The notes beneath the pieces were generated by a model. The model worked only from the letters and a program-made list of their open reading frames with translations, had not been told where the DNA came from and did no database searches. Below are positions 61,774 to 64,000 of a stretch of 64,000 nucleotides of DNA, piece by piece; the stretch's first letter is position 1, and the number at the start of each line of letters is the position of its first letter. The translations under genes were made by a program, and so were the position numbers. This stretch comes from Opitutales bacterium (GTDB lineage: Bacteria; Verrucomicrobiota; Verrucomicrobiia; Opitutales; PNEW01). Location: NCBI GenBank assembly GCA_965197745.1, contig CBDANS010000007.1, forward strand, positions 448,001 to 512,000. Direction: 5' to 3'.

Positions 61774-63999
61774 TTATTCAATCGTGATCTCTTCAGTCGT
61801 TACCGTGACCTCATCCCCGTCTTCGTTGGCGAAGGTGGCATCAATGCTCAGTGTAGGCTGAGGCGTTTCGTCAGACTTGAAGTTGTTCTGCGTGATCAGG
61901 GTCTCAAACCCGGTGGTTGTTGAACCACTCTCCGCGACGACTACTGCGGCACCGTTCGTCTGCATCAGGTCTCCTCCGGTGATACGCATCCCGGGGTTGC
62001 CCGCCGGCACCGTGAAGGATCCGTCTCCGAACAGCAGGTGCGGCACCGCATCGCCATCGGCGTCAATGTCGCCCACTGTTAAGCGTACTGCGATCGGCAC
62101 GCCGCGCGCATCGAAGCCGACCTTGCCCGTGCTTCCACTGAATACGGCATTCGATAACTGTACCCCTCCCAGTCCCGTGGAGTTGACTACTTCCACGACG
62201 GCCACGTCGGCCTGGGCGTCATAGACCTGTCCTTCGGGGAACAGTGCCTGGTTAAAGGCGTTGATCCTGCCCACCGTGAAGATGCTGAAGAAGGTATTGG
62301 CGTCGGCTCCGTCGATGACCACGCTGGGCTTGCCCGTTACATACTCGACTGACTGGTTGTAGCGCGGGGGTATGGCCGGGGGCAGGAAAGTGGCCGGGTC
62401 CAGGGTTACGGTAAAGGTCCCGTTACCTGAGAACTCTACCTGCACAATGTCCTCGTTTTCGTCCATGAAGGAAACACGGGTGATTTGTCCCGGTTTGGCC
62501 TGGAGTTGGACGGACTCTCCGGTGAGTAATATCTGGTCGAAGACGTTACCGTTGGCATGCTGAATGTCTTCACCCGCGATATCACCTGAGCCGTCAAGCA
62601 CGAGGGGAATGGAAGGTGCTGACACGGTGATGACCGCGGTATCGCTGTCAGCGGTGCCTCCGGCGTTTGTTACCTGCGCCCAGTAGTTCGTGCTCGCGGT
62701 GAGCGCACCGGTGGTTAGCGTGCTGCCGGTAGCGCCGGCGACGGGAGCTGCGGTGTCACCGCTGTTACCGGTATACCACTGGTAAGTAAGATCGTCACCG
62801 CTGGCGGCGACGGACAAGCTCGCCGTGGCGCCGGATGCAACTTCCTGGCTCGCCGGCTGGGTGGTGATCGAGGGGGCATCAGCGGGTGGGGGACCCTCGG
62901 AGCCGGTGCCCGGGGCACCGACAGGAGTAAATCCAAAATCGTCGATGGTAGTACGACTGAAGTCAGGATTAATATCAGGATCATCATTAATAACCAGCTT
63001 GCCAATACCTCCCGGAGCTCCTAATTCAACCGCGTTGATCGTTATAAAACGGGGTTTGAACAGGGGGTCGAGGTGACCTTCTAAATCCCTAAAGGTAGCG
63101 AGTAAGTTATCGTTTGTGTCGTAGACTTCAATGGAGCCGTCAGGATCGGTGCCGCCGGCGACAACGGTATGCACAGCAAAAGTATCTATTTCATAAGCCG
63201 GAGTTTCAAAGGTGACGGTAAAAGAGTCGCCATTAAAAACGCCGTAAGAATAAGGCCACGAACGCACATAGGCGGCATTACCTGAAGCGACGAAGATAAT
63301 GAATCCTCCTTCTAAAGTAATACTGTTGGGCGACGTTCCGACGGTTAAAATTTCATTCTGTCCCTGCCCGGTGCTAAATTCCCTGAAAGACGTGTATACT
63401 GTATTGTTTGAAGGGAAATCCGTGAGGGTAAACCCCAGATCATCGAGCACAAATTTTCCCGTAACATTCAACACCTTCATTTCGATGATACCGTTAATGA
63501 AATTAAAATCGGTTTCATCAAGAAAAACACCGCTGTCGGCGACAAAGCTGTATAATGTGGGATTGGCGCCGGGGCTGATATTGGTCGGAAGTCCATCGAT
63601 TCTGCCACCATTGTCAGGGATAACAACGACAACATCATTGTTGCCTCCCGACTGGCCTAAATTTACCTCACCTCGTAACTCCATTCTGCCACCACCTGTC
63701 GTTTCGCCCGCGTAATATTCGAGAAATTGAATCCCTCTCGAAGATGAAATCCGCCCCTCCTGTCCGGGTCCCAGGGTAATCGCTTTTGTTCCTGAATGTA
63801 AAAGCGCAGGATCCTCTAACGTTTCCACCGTGAATCCGGACAGCGTTACTGTGTTTGGCTCCTGACCTATAATGATAGTGCCTTCTCCGCTGATATCTTC
63901 GAAATCAGTGAATACCTCCAGGTCCTGTGGCAGGGCCATGAGAAGAACAGGGCATGATACGATAAATATAAAATGGGCTAGCGATTTTTTGACTGACAT
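61774..63999 (-). CDS. Secreted surface protein (paralog C), same architecture as 46749-48968
   Basis: MALPQDLEVFTDFEDISGEGTIIIGQEPNTVTL is identical to paralog B; Ig-like and C-terminal domains nearly identical. Confidence 0.85.
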   Translation of the reverse strand: MSVKKSLAHFIFIVSCPVLLMALPQDLEVFTDFEDISGEGTIIIGQEPNTVTLSGFTVETLEDPALLHSGTKAITLGPGQEGRISSSRGIQFLEYYAGETTGGGRMELRGEVNLGQSGGNNDVVVVIPDNGGRIDGLPTNISPGANPTLYSFVADSGVFLDETDFNFINGIIEMKVLNVTGKFVLDDLGFTLTDFPSNNTVYTSFREFSTGQGQNEILTVGTSPNSITLEGGFIIFVASGNAAYVRSWPYSYGVFNGDSFTVTFETPAYEIDTFAVHTVVAGGTDPDGSIEVYDTNDNLLATFRDLEGHLDPLFKPRFITINAVELGAPGGIGKLVINDDPDINPDFSRTTIDDFGFTPVGAPGTGSEGPPPADAPSITTQPASQEVASGATASLSVAASGDDLTYQWYTGNSGDTAAPVAGATGSTLTTGALTASTNYWAQVTNAGGTADSDTAVITVSAPSIPLVLDGSGDIAGEDIQHANGNVFDQILLTGESVQLQAKPGQITRVSFMDENEDIVQVEFSGNGTFTVTLDPATFLPPAIPPRYNQSVEYVTGKPSVVIDGADANTFFSIFTVGRINAFNQALFPEGQVYDAQADVAVVEVVNSTGLGGVQLSNAVFSGSTGKVGFDARGVPIAVRLTVGDIDADGDAVPHLLFGDGSFTVPAGNPGMRITGGDLMQTNGAAVVVAESGSTTTGFETLITQNNFKSDETPQPTLSIDATFANEDGDEVTVTTEEITIE

Positions 64000-64000
64000 G

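Noticed and set aside
46749..63999. Diversity-generating retroelement (TR/VR pair) explaining the near-identical paralogs B and C
   Set aside because: Both copies are full-length genes, differences are not adenine-specific and include indels and synonymous changes, and no reverse transcriptase is in the window.

Overview
This is a 64-kb bacterial chromosomal window of moderate GC. Verrucomicrobiota/Opitutales affinity is an inference from the C-terminal domain of three large secreted paralogs, and a host-associated or marine lifestyle is an inference from gene content. It is dominated by accessory catabolic and transport genes: five Na+:solute symporters (one fused to a Kelch/NanM-like lipoprotein domain), five PhyH-type Fe(II)/2OG oxygenases, two Asp-box (sialidase-like) proteins, a Tat-exported sulfatase, a GH51 hydrolase, an opine dehydrogenase and several oxidoreductases. 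It also holds the 3' part of lhr, msrB, rtcB, an ECF sigma/anti-sigma operon and tRNA-Ser(GCT). Several structures are not visible in the ORF track. (1) A 502-bp element carries a small GIY-YIG nuclease gene (in-frame TAA) between long inverted GTCATTGCGAGG...GCGGCAATCC palindromic repeats, and gene-less copies of the same repeat occur elsewhere, one a perfect 41-bp match 25 kb away. (2) An IS1595-family element with 24-bp TIRs and an 8-bp target duplication splits an 11-repeat secreted protein. (3) That protein lies in a 5.6-kb islet bounded by a duplicated 3' end of a symporter gene. (4) A 24-bp duplication of the tRNA-Ser 3' end encloses only about 200 bp. (5) One PhyH protein has an HxG (halogenase-type) metal motif. 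(6) Several genes are frameshifted or nonsense-interrupted. No CRISPR array, rRNA, reverse transcriptase or integrase was seen.
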